A stretch of 64,000 nucleotides of DNA from Eledone cirrhosa (Eukaryota). Shown here one piece after another: positions 25,790-38,500 of this stretch. The DNA lies in NCBI GenBank assembly GCA_964016885.1, contig OZ024740.1, positions 296,546,001-296,610,000 on the forward strand, in the 5' to 3' direction. The number at the start of each line of letters is the position of its first letter. Position 1 is the stretch's first letter. A model generated the notes under the pieces. The model was not told the DNA's origin. It saw only the letters and a list, made by a program, of their open reading frames with translations, and did not search any database. Both the position numbers and the translations under genes were made by a program.

Positions 25790-28700
25790 GGGTGCCCCGA
25801 TTTTTATTTGGGTGCCCCGTTTTTTTATGGGCGGGTTCGTTTTTTTATGGGGGGGTCCTTATTTTATTTGGGTGACTCGTTTTTTATTTGGGTGCCCCGA
25901 TTTTTAATTGGGTGCCCCGTTTTTTTATGGGTGGTCCGTTTTCTATTTGGGTGCCCCGTTTTTTATTTGGGTGCCCCGTTATTTTATGGGGGCCCCTTTT
26001 TTAATTGGGTGCCACGTTTATTTATAGGGGGGCGTCCGTTTTTTATTTGGGTACCCTGTTTTTTTATTTGGGTGCCCCTATTTTTTATGGGGGGTCCGTT
26101 TTTTTATGGGGTTTCGTTTTTTATTTGTGTGCCCCGTTTTTTATTTCGGTGCCCCGTTTCTTTATGGGTGGGTCCGTTTTTTATTTGGGTGCCCCGATTT
26201 TTATGTGGGGTCCGTTTTCTATTTGGGTGACCCGTTTTTTATTTGGGTGCCCCGTTTTTTAATGGGGGGGCGTTTTTTAATTGGGTGCCCCGTTTTCTTA
26301 TGGGGGTCCGTTTTTTATTTGGGTGCCCCGTTGTTTATTTGGGTGCCCCGTTTTTTTATGGGGGGTTTCAATTTTTATTTGGGTGCCCTGTTTTTTATTT
26401 GGGTGCCCCGTTTTTTTATTTGGGTGTCCCGTTTTTGTATGGGGGTGACCGTTTTTCATTTGGGTGCCCCGTTCTTTATTTGGGTGACCCGTTTCTTTAT
26501 GGGTGGGTCAGTTTTTTATTTGGGTGCCCCGTTTTTTTATGGTGGGTCCTTTTTTTAATTGGGTGCCCCGATTTTTATGGGGGGTTCCGTTTTTTATTTG
26601 GGCGCCCCGTTTTTTTATGGGGGGCCGTCTTTTTTTTGGTGCCCGTTTTTTTATGGGGGTCCGTTTTTTATTTAGGTGCCCCGTTTTTTTAATGGGGGGC
26701 GTCCGTTTTTTATTTGGGTACCCCGTGTTTTATTTGGGTGCCCCGTTTTTTTTATGGGGGGTTCCTTTTTTTATTTGTGTGCCCCGTTTTTTTATGGGGG
26801 TCCGTATCTCATTTGGGTGCCCCGTTACTTTATGGGGCGTCCGTTTTTATTTGGGTGCCCGGTTTCTTTATGGGGGTCCGTTTTTTATTTGGGTGCCCCG
26901 TTCTTTATTTGGGTGCCCCTTTTTTTATGGGGGGTTTCATTTTTTATTTGGGTGCCCCGTTTTTCATTTGGGTGCCCCTTTTTTATTTGTGTGCCCGTTC
27001 TTTTATGGGGGGCGTCCGTTTTTATTTGTGTCCCCCTATTTTTCTGGGGGTCCGTTTATTTATGGGGGGTCCGTTTTTTATTTGGGTGCCCCGGTTTTTT
27101 TATGGGGCTCCGTTTTTTATTTGGGTGCCCCTTTTTTATTTGGGTGCCCAGTTTTTTTATAGGGGGTCCGTTTTTTATTTGGGTACCCCGTTTTTTTATG
27201 GGGGTCCGTTTTTTATTTGGGTGCCCGTTCTTTATTTGGGTGCCCCGTTTTTTTATTTGGGTGTCCCTTTTTTATGGGGGGTCCGTTTTTTATTTGGGTG
27301 CCCCGTCTTTTTAAGGGTGGTCCGTTTTTTATTTGGGTGCCGCTTTTTATTTGGGTGCCCCGTTTTTTTATAGGGGGGTCCGTTTTTTATTTGGGTACCC
27401 CGTTTTTTATTTGGGTGCCCCGTTTTTTATGGGGGGGTCCGTTTTTTATTTGTGTGCCCCGTTTTTTTTATGGGGGTCCGTATTTCATTTGGGTGCCCCG
27501 TTTCTTTATGGGGAGTCCGTTTTTTATTTGGGTGCCCCGTTCTTTATTTGGGTGCCCCGTTTTTTTATGGGGGGTTTTATTTATTATTTGGGTGCCCCGT
27601 TTTTTATTTGGGTGGCCCTTTTTTATTTGGGTGCCCCGTATTTTATAGGGGGTCCGTTTTTTATTTGGGTGCCCGTTTTTTTATGGGGGGCGTCCGTTTT
27701 TATTTGGGTGCTCCGTTTTTTTCTGGGGGTCCGTTTTTTATGGGGGTCCGTTTTTTATTTGGGTGCCTCGTTTTTTTATGGGGCTCCGTGTTTTATTTGG
27801 GTCCCCCTTTTTTATTTGGGTGCCCCGTTTTTTTATAGGGGGATCCGTTTTTTATTTGGGTGCCCCGTTCTTTATTTGGGTGCCCCGTTTTTTTATTTGG
27901 GTGTCCCGTTTTTTTTATGGGGGGCGTCCGTTTTTTATTCGGGTACCCGTTTTTTATTTGGGTGCTCCGTTTTTTATGGGGGTCTGTTTTTTATGGGGGG
28001 GTCCGTTTTTTATGTGTGCCCCGTTTTTTTATGGGGGTCCGTATTTCATTTGGGTGCCCCGTTTTTTATTTGGGTGCCCCGTTTTTTATTTGGGTGCCCC
28101 GTTTCTTTATGGGGGGTCCGTTTTTATTTGGGTGCGCCGTTTTTTATGGTGGTCCGTTTTTTATTTGGGTGCCCCGTTCTTTATTTGGGTGTCCCTTTTT
28201 TTTATGGGGGGTTTCATTTTTTTTGGGGTGTCCCGTTTTTTATTTGGGTGCCCCGTTTTTTTAATTGGGTGTCCCGTTTTTTTCATGGGGGGTCCGTTTT
28301 TTATTTGGGTGCACCGTTTCTTTATGGGGGGTCCGTTTTTTATTTGGGTGCCACGTTTTTTTATTTGGGTGTCCCGCTTTTTATGGGGGGTCCGTTTTTT
28401 ATTTGGGTGGCCCTTTTTTATTTGGGTGCCCCGTTCTTTATAGGGGGTCCGCTTTTTATTTGGGTGCCCGTTTTTTTATGGGGGGCGTCCGTTTTTATTT
28501 GGGTGCTCCGTTTTTTTCTGGGGGTCCGTTTTTTATGGGGGTCCGTTTTTTATTTGGGTGCCCCGTTTTTTTTATGGGGCTCCGTTTTTTATTTGGGTGC
28601 CCCTTTTTTATTTGGGTGCCCCGTTTTTTTATAGGGGGGTCCGTTTTTTATTTGGGTGCCCCGTTTTTTTATGGGGGTCCGTTTTTTATTTGGGTGCCCC

Positions 28701-29519
28701 GTTCTTTATTTGGGTGCACCGTTTTTTTATTTGGGTGTCCCGTTTTTTTTATGGGGGGCGTCCGTTTTTTATTTGGGTACTCGTTTTTTATTTGGGTGCC
28801 CCGTTTTTTATGGGGGTCCGTTTTTTATGGGGGGTCCGTTTTTTATGTGTGTGCCCCGTTTTTTTATGGGGGTCCGTATTTCATTTGGGTGTCCCGTTTT
28901 TTATCTGGGTGCCCCGTTTTTTATTTGGGTGCCCGTTTTTTTATAGGGGTCCGTTTTTTTTTGGGTGCCCCGTTTTTATATGGGGGTCCGTTTTTTATTT
29001 GGGCGCCCCGTTCTTTATTTGGGTGCTCCGTTTTTTTATGGGGGCGTCCGTTTTTTATTTGGGTACCCGTTTTTTATTTGGGTGCCCCGTTTTTTTATGG
29101 GGTCCGTATTACATTTGGGTGCCCCGTTTTTTTATTTGGGTGTCCCGTTTTTTATGGGGGGTCCGATTTTTATTTGGGTGCCCCTTTTTTGTTTGGGTGC
29201 CCCGTTTTTTTATAGGGGGGTTCGTTTTTTTGTGGGTGCCCCGTTTTTTCATTTGGGTGCCCCGATTTTTCTGGGGGTCCGTTTTTTATGGGGGTCCGTA
29301 TTTTATTTGGGTGCCCCGTTTTATTATGGGGCTCCGTTTTTTATTTGGGTGCCCCTTTTTTATTTGGGTGCCCCGTTTCTTTATAGGGGGGTCCGTTTTT
29401 TTTGGGGTGCCCCGTTTTTTTATGGGGGTCCGTTTTTTATTTGGGTGCCCCGTTCTTTATTTGGGTGCCCCGTTTTTTTATTTGGGTGTCCCGTTTTTTT
29501 ATGGGGGGTCCGTTTTTTA

Positions 29520-32500
29520 TTTGGGTACCCGTTTTTTATTTTGGTGCCCCGTTTTTTTATGGGTTACGTTTTTTATGGGGGGTCCGTTTTTTATTTGTGC
29601 GCCCCGTTTTTTTATGGTGTCCGTATTACATTTGGGTGCCCCGTTTTTTATTTTGCTGCCCCGTTTTTTTGTGGGGGGTTTCATTTTTTATTTGGGTGTC
29701 CCGTTTTTTAATGGGCGGGGTCCGTTTTTTATTTGGGTGCCCCGTTTTTTTATGGGGGGGTCCGTTTTTTATTTGGGTGACCCGTTTTTTTATGGGGCTC
29801 CGTTTTTTATTTGGGTGTCCCTTTTTTATTTGGTGTTGCCCGTTTTTTTATAGGGGGTCCGTTTTTTATTGGGGTGCCCCGTTTTTTTATGGGGGTCCGT
29901 TTTTTATTTGGGTGCCCCGTTTTTTTATGGTGGATCCTTTTTTTATTCGGGTGCCCCGATTTTTATGGGGATGTCATTTTTTTATTTGGGTGCCCCGTTT
30001 TTATGGGGGGCCGTCTTTTCTTTGGGTGCCCCGCTTTTTATTTGAGTGCGCTGTTTTTTATCTGGGTGCCCCGTTTTTTTATTTGGGTGTCCCGTTTTTT
30101 TATGGGGGGTCCGTTTTTTATTTGGGTGCCCCTTTTTTATTTGGGTGCCCCTTTTTTATTTGGGTGCCCCGTTTCTTTATGGGGGGTCCGTTTTTTATTT
30201 GGGTGCCCCGTTTTTTTATGGGGGTCCGTTTTTAATTTGGGTGCCCAGTTCTTTATTTGGGTGCCCCGTTTTTTATGGGGGGTTTCATTTTTTATTTGGG
30301 TGACCCGTTTTTTATTTGGGTGCCCCGTTTTTTTATTTGGGTGTCCCGTTTTTTTATGGGGGGTCCGTTTTTTATTTGGGTGCCCCTTTTTTATTTGGGT
30401 GCCCCGTTCTTTATAGGGTGTCCGTTTTTTATTTGGGTGCCCCGTTTTTTTATGGGGGGCGTCCGTTTTTATTAGTGAACCCGTTTTTTATTTGGGTGCC
30501 CCGTTATTTTATGGGGGTCCATTTTTTTATGGGGTGTCCGTTTTTTATTTGTGTGCCCCATTTTTTTATGGGTGTCCGTATTTCATTTGGGTGCCCCGTT
30601 TTTTATTTGGGTGCTCCGTTATTTTATTCGGGTGTCCCGTTTTTTATGGGAGGTCCGTTTTTTATTTGGGTGTCCCGTTTTTTTATTTGGGTGTCCCGTT
30701 TTTTTATGGGAGGCGTCCGTTTTTTATTTGGGTACCCGTTCTATATTTGGGTGCCCCGTTTTTTATGGGGGTCCGTTTTTTATGGGGGGTCCGTTTTTTA
30801 TTTGTGTGTCCCATTTTTTTATGGGTGTCCGTATTTTATTTGGGTGCCCCGTTTTTTATTTGGGTGCCCCGTCTTTTTATTTGGGTGTCCCGTTTTTTTA
30901 TGGGGGGTCCGTTTTTTATTTGTGTGCCCCGTTTTTTTATGGGGTCCGTATTACATTTGGGTGCCCCGTTTTTTATTTGGCTGCCCCGTTTTTTTATGGG
31001 GGGTTTCATCTTTTATTTGGGTGTCCCGTTTTTTTATGGGCGGGGTCCGTTTTTTATTTGGGTGCCCCGTTTTTTTTATGGGGGGGTCCGTTTTTTATTT
31101 GGGTGCCCCTTTTTTATTTGGGTGGCCCGTTTTTTTATAGGGGGGCCGTTTTTTATTTGGGTGCCCCGTTTTTTTATGGGGGTCCGTTTTTAATTTGGGT
31201 GCCCCGTTTTTTTATGGTGGATCCTTTTTTTATTCGGGTGCCCCGATTTTTATGGGGGTGACATTTTTTTTATTTGGGTGCCCCGTTTTTATGGGGGGCC
31301 GTCTTTTCTTTGGGTGCCCCGTTTTTTATTTGAGTGCCCTGTTTTTTATCTGGGTGCCCCGTTTTTTTATTTGGGTGTCCCGTTTTTTTTATGGGGGGTC
31401 CGTTTTTTATTTGGGTGCCCCTTTTTTATTTGGGTGCCCCGTTTCTTTATGGGGGGTCAGTTTTTATTTGGGTGCCCCGTTTTTTTATGGGGGGTCCGTT
31501 TTTTATTTGGGTGCCCCTTTTTTATTTGGGTGCCCCGTTTCTTTATGGGGGGTCCGTTTTTATTTGGGTGCCCCGTTTTTTTATGGGGGTCCATTTTTTA
31601 TTTGGGTGCCCAGTTCTTTATTTGGGTGCCCCGTTTTTTTATGGGGGTCCATTTTTTATGGGGGGTCCGTTTTTTATTTGTGTGCCCCATTTTTTTATGG
31701 GTGTCCGTATTTCATTTGGGTGCCCCGTTTTTTATTTGGGTGCCCCGTTTCTTTATGGGGGGTCCGTTTTTTTGGGGGGTGCCCCGTTTTCTTATGGGGG
31801 TCCGTTTTTTATTTGGGTGCCCCGTTTTTTATTTGGGTGTCCCGTATTTTTATTTGGGTGTCCCGTTTCTTTATGGGGGGTCCGTTTTTTATTTGGGTGC
31901 CCCGTTTCTTTATGGGGGGTCCGTTTTTTATTTGGGTGCCCCGTTCTTTTACGGGGAGGTCCGTTTTTTATTTGGGTGTCCCGTTTTTTTATGGGGGGGT
32001 CCGTTTTTTATTTGGGTGCTCCGTTTCTTTATGGGGGTCCGTTTTTTATTTGGGTGCCCCGTTTTTTATTTGGGTGTCCCGTTTTTTTCGGAGGGTCCGT
32101 TTTTTATTTGGGTGAAACCGCTTTTTTTAAAGGGAAGGTCCGTTTTTTATTTGGGTGCCCCGTTTTTTCTATGCGTGGCTCCGTTTTTTATTTGGGTGTC
32201 CCATTATTTATTTGGGTGTCCCGTTTTTTTATGTGCGGGGTCCGTTTTTTATTTGGGTGCCCCGTTTTTTTATGGGGGGGTCCGTTTTTTATTCGGGTGA
32301 CCCGTTTTTTTATGGGGCTCCGTTTTTTATTTGGGTGCCCCGTTCTTTATTTTGGTGTCCCGTTTTTTATTTGGGTGTCCCGTTTTTTTTATGGGGGGCG
32401 TCCGTTTTTTATTTGGGTACCCGTTTTTTATTTGGGTGCCCCGTTTTTTTATGGGGTCCGTTTTTTATGGGGGGTCCGTTTTTTATGTGTGTGCCCCGTT

Positions 32501-35500
32501 TTTTATTTGGGTGCCCCGTTTTTTATAGGGGGTCCGTTTTTTTTGGGGTGTCCCGTTTTTTAATGGGGGTCCGTTTTTTATTTGGGTGCCCCGTTCTTTA
32601 TTTGGGTGTCCCGTTTTTTTATTTGGGTGCTCCGTTTTTTTATGGGGGCGTCCGTTTTTTATTTGGGTACCAGTTTTCTATTTGGGTGCCCCGTTTTTTT
32701 ATGGGGGTCCGTTTTTTATGGGGGGTCCGTTTTTTATTTGTGTGCCCCGTTCTTTTATGGGGTCCGTATTACATTTGGGTGCCCCGTTTTTCTATTTGGG
32801 TGTCCCGTTTTTTATGAGGGGTCCGTTTTTTATTTGGGTGCCCCTTTTTTGTTTGGGTGCCCAGTTTTTATAGGGGGGTCCGTTTTTTTGTGGGTGCCCC
32901 GTTTTTTATTTGGGTGCCCCGATTTTTCTGGCGGTCCGTTTTTTATGGGGGTCCGTTTTTTATTTGGGTGCCCCGTTTTTTTATGGGGCACCGTTTTTTA
33001 TTTGGGTGCCCCTTTTTTATTTGGGTGCCCCGTTTCTTTATAGGGGGGTCCGTTTTATTTGGGGTGCCCCGTTTTTTTTATGGGGGTCCGTTTTTTATTT
33101 GGGTGCCCCGTTTTATATTTGGGTGCCCCGTTTTTTATTTGGGTGTCTCGTTTTTTTATGGGGGGTCCGTTTTTTATTTGGGTACCCGTTTTTTTATTTG
33201 GGTGCCCCGTTTTTTATGGGGGTCCGTTTTTTATGGGGGGTCCGTTTTTTATTTCGGTGCCCCGTTTTTTATGGGGTCCGTATTACATTTGGGTGCCCCG
33301 TTTTTTTATGGGGGGTTTCATTTTCTATTTGGGTGTCCCGTTTTTTTATGGGCGGGGTCCGTTTTTTATTTTGGTGACCCGTTTTTTTTATGGGGGCGGG
33401 TCCGTTTTTATTTGGGTGACCCGTTTTTTTATGGGTCTCCGTTTTTTATTTGGGTGCCCCTTTTTTATTTGGGTGGCCCGTTTTTTTATAGGGGGTCCGT
33501 TATTTATTTGGGTGCCCCGTTTTTTTATGGTGGATCCTTTTTTTATTCGGGTTCCCCGATTTTTATGGGGGTGTCATTTTTTTACTTGGGTGCCCCGTTT
33601 TTATGGGGGGCCGTCTTTTCTTTGGGTGCCCCGTTTTTTATTTGAGTGCCCTGTTTTTTATCTGGGTGCCCCGTTTTTTTATTTGGGTGTCCCGTTTTTT
33701 TATGGGGGGTCCGTTTTTTATTTGGGTGCCCCGTTTTTTTATGGGGGTCCGTTTTTTATTTGGGTGCCCAGTTCTTTATTTGGGTGCCCCGTTTTTATAT
33801 GGGGGTCCATTTTTTTATGGGGGTTCCGTTTTTTATTTGTGTGCCCCATTTTTTTATGGGTGTCCGTATTTCATTTGGGTGCCCCGTTTTTTATTTGGGT
33901 GCCCCCTTTCTTTATGGGTGCCCCGTTTTTTATGGGGGTCCGTTTTTTATTTGGGTGCCCCGTTTTTTATTTGGGTGCCCCGTTTTTTTATTTGGGTGTC
34001 CCGTTTCTTTATGGGGGGTCCGTTTTTTATTTGGGTGCCCCGTTCTTTATTTGGGTGCCCCGTTTTTTTATGGGTGGTTTCATTTTTTATTTGGGTGCCC
34101 CGTTTTTTATTTGGGTGCCCCGTTTTTTTATTTGGGTGTCCCGTTTCTTTATGGGGGGTCCGTTTTTTATTTGGGTGCCCCGTTTCTTTATGGGGGGTCC
34201 GTTTTTTATTTGGGTGCCCCGTTTTTTTACCGGTAGGTCCGTTTTTTATTTGGGTGTCCCGTTCTTTATGGGGGGTCCGTTTTTTATTTGGGTGCCCCGT
34301 TTCTTTATGGGGGGTCCGTTTTTCATTTGGGTGCCCCGTTTTTTATTTGGGTGTCCCGTTTTTTCAGGGGGGTCCGTTTTTTATTTGGGTGCACCGTTTT
34401 TTTAAGGGAAGGTCCGTTTTTTATTTGGGTGCCCCGTTTTTTCTATGGGTGTCTCCGTTTTTTATTTGGGTGCCCCATTTTTTATTTGGGTGTCCCGTCT
34501 TTTTATGGGCGGGGTCCGTTTTTTATTTGGGTGCCCCGTTTTTTTATGGGGGGCTGCGTTTTTTATTCGGGTGACCCGTTTTTTTATGGGGCTCCGTTTT
34601 TTATTTGGGTGCCCCGTTCTTTATTTGGGTGTCCCGTTTTTTATTTGGGTGTCCCGTTTTTTTTATGGGGGGCGTCCGTTTTTTATTTGGGTACCCGTTT
34701 TTTATTTGGGTGCCCCGTTTTTTATGGGGTCCGTTTTTTATGGGGGATCCGTTTTTTATGTGTGTGCCCCGTTTTTTTATGGGGGGCCGTATTTCATTTG
34801 GGTGCCCCGTTTTTTATCTGGGTGCCCCGTTTTTTATTTGGGTGCCCCATTTTTTTATAGGGGGTCCGTTTTTTTTGGGTGCCCCGTTTTTTTATGGGGG
34901 TCCGTTTTTTATTTGGGTGCCCCGTTCTTTATTTGGGTGTCCCGTTTTTTAATTTGGGTGCTCGGTTTTTTGATGGGGGCGTCCGTTTTTTATTTGGGTA
35001 CCCGTTTTTTATTTGGGTGCCCCGTTTTTTTATGGGGGTCCGTTTTTTATGGGGGGTCCGTTTTTTATTTGTGTGCCCCGTTTTTTTATGGGGTCCGTAT
35101 TACATTTGGGTGCCCCGTTTTTTTATTTGGGTGTCCCTTTTTTTATGGGGGGTCCGTTTTTTATTTGGGTGCCCCTTTTTTGTTTGGGTGCCCCGTTTTT
35201 TTATAGGGGGGGTCCGTTTTTGTGTGGGTGCCCCGTTTTTTATTTCGGTGCCCCGATTTTTATTTGGGTGTCTCTTTATTTTATGGGGGGTCCGTTTTTT
35301 ATTTGGGTGCCCCGTTTTTTTATGGGGCACCGTTTTTTATTTGGGTGCCCCTTTTTTATTTGGGTGCCCCGTTTCTTTATAGGGGGGTCCGTTTTATTTG
35401 GGGTGCCCCGTTTTTTTTATGGGGGTCCGTTTTTTATTTGGGTGCCCCGTTTTTTATTTGGGTGCCCCGTTTTTTATTTGGGTGTCTCGTTTTTTTATGG

Positions 35501-38500
35501 GGGTCCGTTTTTTATTTGGGTACCCGTTTTTTATTTTGGTGCCCCGTTTTTTTATGGGGGTACGTTTTTTATGGGGGGTCCGTTTTTTATTTGTGCGCCC
35601 CGTTTTTTTATGGTGTCCGTATTACATTTGGGTGCCCCGTTTTTTATTTTGCTGCCCCGTTTTTTTGTGGGGGGTTTCATTTTTTATTTGGGTGTCCCGT
35701 TTTTTAATGGGCGGGGTCCGTTTTTTATTTGGGTGCCCCGTTTTTTTATGGGGGGGTCCGTTTTTTATTTGGGTGACCCGTTTTTTTATGGGGCTCCGTT
35801 TTTTATTTGGGTGTCCCTTTTTTATTTGGTGTTGCCCGTTTTTTTATAGGGGGTCCGTTTTTAATGGGGTGCCCCGTTTTTTTATGGGGGTCCGTTTTCT
35901 ATTTGGGTGCCCCGTTTTTTTATGGTGGATCCTTTTTTTATTCGGGTGCCCCGATTTTTATGGGGATGTCATTTTTTTATTTGGGTGCCCCGTTTTTATG
36001 GGGGGCCGTCTTTTCTTTGGGTGCCCCGCTTTTTATTTGAGTGCGCTGTTTTTTATCTGGGTGCCCCGTTTTTTTATTTGGGTGTCCCGTTTTTTTATGG
36101 GGGGTCCGTTTTTTATTTGGGTGCCCCTTTTTTATTTGGGTGCCCCTTTTTTATTTGGGTGCCCCGTTTCTTTATGGGGGGTCCGTTTTTTATTTGGGTG
36201 CCCCGTTTTTTTATGGGGGTCCGTTTTTAATTTGGGTGCCCAGTTCTTTATTTGGGTGCCCCGTTTTTTATGGGGGGTTTCATTTTTTATTTGGGTGACC
36301 CGTTTTTTATTTGGGTGCCCCGTTTTTTTATTTGGGTGTCCCGTTTTTTTATGGGGGGTCCGTTTTTTATTTGGGTGCCCCTTTTTTATTTGGGTGCCCC
36401 GTTCTTTATAGGGTGTCCGTTTTTTATTTGGGTGCCCCGTTTTTTTATGGGGGGCGTCCGTTTTTATTAGTGAACCCGTTTTTTATTTGGGTGCCCCGTT
36501 ATTTTATGGGGGTCCATTTTTTTATGGGGTGTCCGTTCTTTATTTGTGTGCCCCATTTTTTTATGGGTGTCCGTATTTCATTTGGGTGCCCCGTTTTTTA
36601 TTTGGGTGCTCCGTTATTTTATTCGGGTGTCCCGTTTTTTATGGGAGGACCGTTTTTTATTTGGGTGTCCCGTTTTTTTATTTGGGTGTCCCGTTTTTTT
36701 ATGGGAGGCGTCCGTTTTTTATTTGGGTACCCGTTCTTTATTTGGGTGCCCCGTTTTTTATGGGGGTCCGTTTTTTATGGGGGGTCCGTTTTTTATTTGT
36801 GTGTCCCATTTTTTTATGGGTGTCCGTATTTTATTTGGGTGTCCCGTTTTTTATTTGGGTGCCCCGTCTTTTTATTTGGGTGTCCCGTTTTTTTATGGGG
36901 GGTCCGTTTTTTATTTGTGTGCCCCGTTTTTTTATGGGGTCCGTATTACATTTGGGTGCCCCGTTTTTTATTTGGCTGCCCCGTTTTTTTATGGGGGGTT
37001 TCATCTTTTATTTGGGTGTCCCGTTTTTTTATGGGCGGGGTCCGTTTTTCATTTGGGTGCCCCGTTTTTTTTATGGGGGGGTCCGTTTTTTATTTGGGTG
37101 CCCCTTTTTTATTTGGGTGGCCCGTTTTTTTATAGGGGGGCCGTTTTTTATTTGGGTGCCCCGTTTTTTTATGGGGGTCCGTTTTTAATTTGGGTGCCCC
37201 GTTTTTTTATGGTGGATCCTTTTTTTATTCGGGTGCCCCGATTTTTATGGGGGTGACATTTTTTTTATTTGGGTGCCCCGTTTTTATGGGGGGCCGTCTT
37301 TTCTTTGGGTGCCCCGTTTTTTATTTGAGTGCCCTGTTTTTTATCTGGGTGCCCCGTTTTTTTATTTGGGTGTCCCGTTTTTTTTATGGGGGGTCCGTTT
37401 TTTATTTGGGTGCCCCTTTTTTATTTGGGTGCCCCGTTTCTTTATGGGGGGTCAGTTTTTATTTGGGTGCCCCGTTTTTTTATGGGGGGTCCGTTTTTTA
37501 TTTGGGTGCCCCTTTTTTATTTGGGTGCCCCGTTTCTTTATGGGGGGTCCGTTTTTATTTGGGTGCCCCGTTTTTTTATGGGGGTCCATTTTTTATTTGG
37601 GTGCCCAGTTCTTTATTTGGGTGCCCCGTTTTTTTATGGGGGTCCATTTTTTTATGGGGGGTCCGTTTTTTATTTGTGTGCCCCATTTTTTTATGGGTGT
37701 CCTTATTTCATTTGGGTGCCCCGTTTTTTATTTGGGTGCCCCGTTTCTTTATGGGGGGTCCGTTTTTTTGGGGGGTGCCCCGTTTTCTTATGGGGGTCCG
37801 TTTTTTATTTGGGTGCCCCGTTTTTTATTTGGGTGTCCCGTATTTTTATTTGGGTGTCCCGTTTCTTTATGGGGGGTCCGTTTTTTATTTGGGTGCCCCG
37901 TTTCTTTATGGGGGTCCGTTTTTTGGGGGGGTGCCCCGTTTTCTTATGGGGGTCCGTTTTTTATTTGGGTGCCCCGTTTTTTATTTGGGTGTCCCGTATT
38001 TTTATTTGGGTGTCCCGTTTCTTTATGGGGGGTCCGTTTTTTATTTGGGTGCCCCGTTTCTTTATGGGGGGTCCGTTTTTTATTTGGGTGCCCCGTTTTT
38101 TTACGGGGAGGTCCGTTTTTTATTTGGGTGTCCCGTTTTTTTATGGGGGGGTCCGTTTTTTATTTGGGTGCTCCGTTTCTTTATGGGGGTCCGTTTTTTA
38201 TTTGGGTGCCCCGTTTTTTATTTGGGTGTCCCGTTTTTTTCGGAGGGTCCGTTTTTTATTTGGGTGAAACCGCTTTTTTTAAAGGGAAGGTCCGTTTTTT
38301 ATTTGGGTGCCCCGTTTTTTCTATGCGTGGCTCCGTTTTTTATTTGGGTGTCCCATTATTTATTTGGGTGTCCCGTTTTTTTATGTGCGGGGTCCGTTTT
38401 TTATTTGGGTGCCCCGTTTTTTATTCGGGTGACCCGTTCTTTTATGGGGCTCCGTTTTTTATTTGGGTGCCCCGTTCTTTGTTTTGGTGTCCCGTTTTTT

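Noticed and set aside
32101-32140. Purine-rich GGTGAAACCGC...AAAGGGAAGG as an insertion
   Set aside because: It keeps monomer spacing, so these are mutated monomers. Related variants recur with the duplications (~34.4, 38.3, 40.5, 44.6, 45.2, 47.8 and 48.4 kb).
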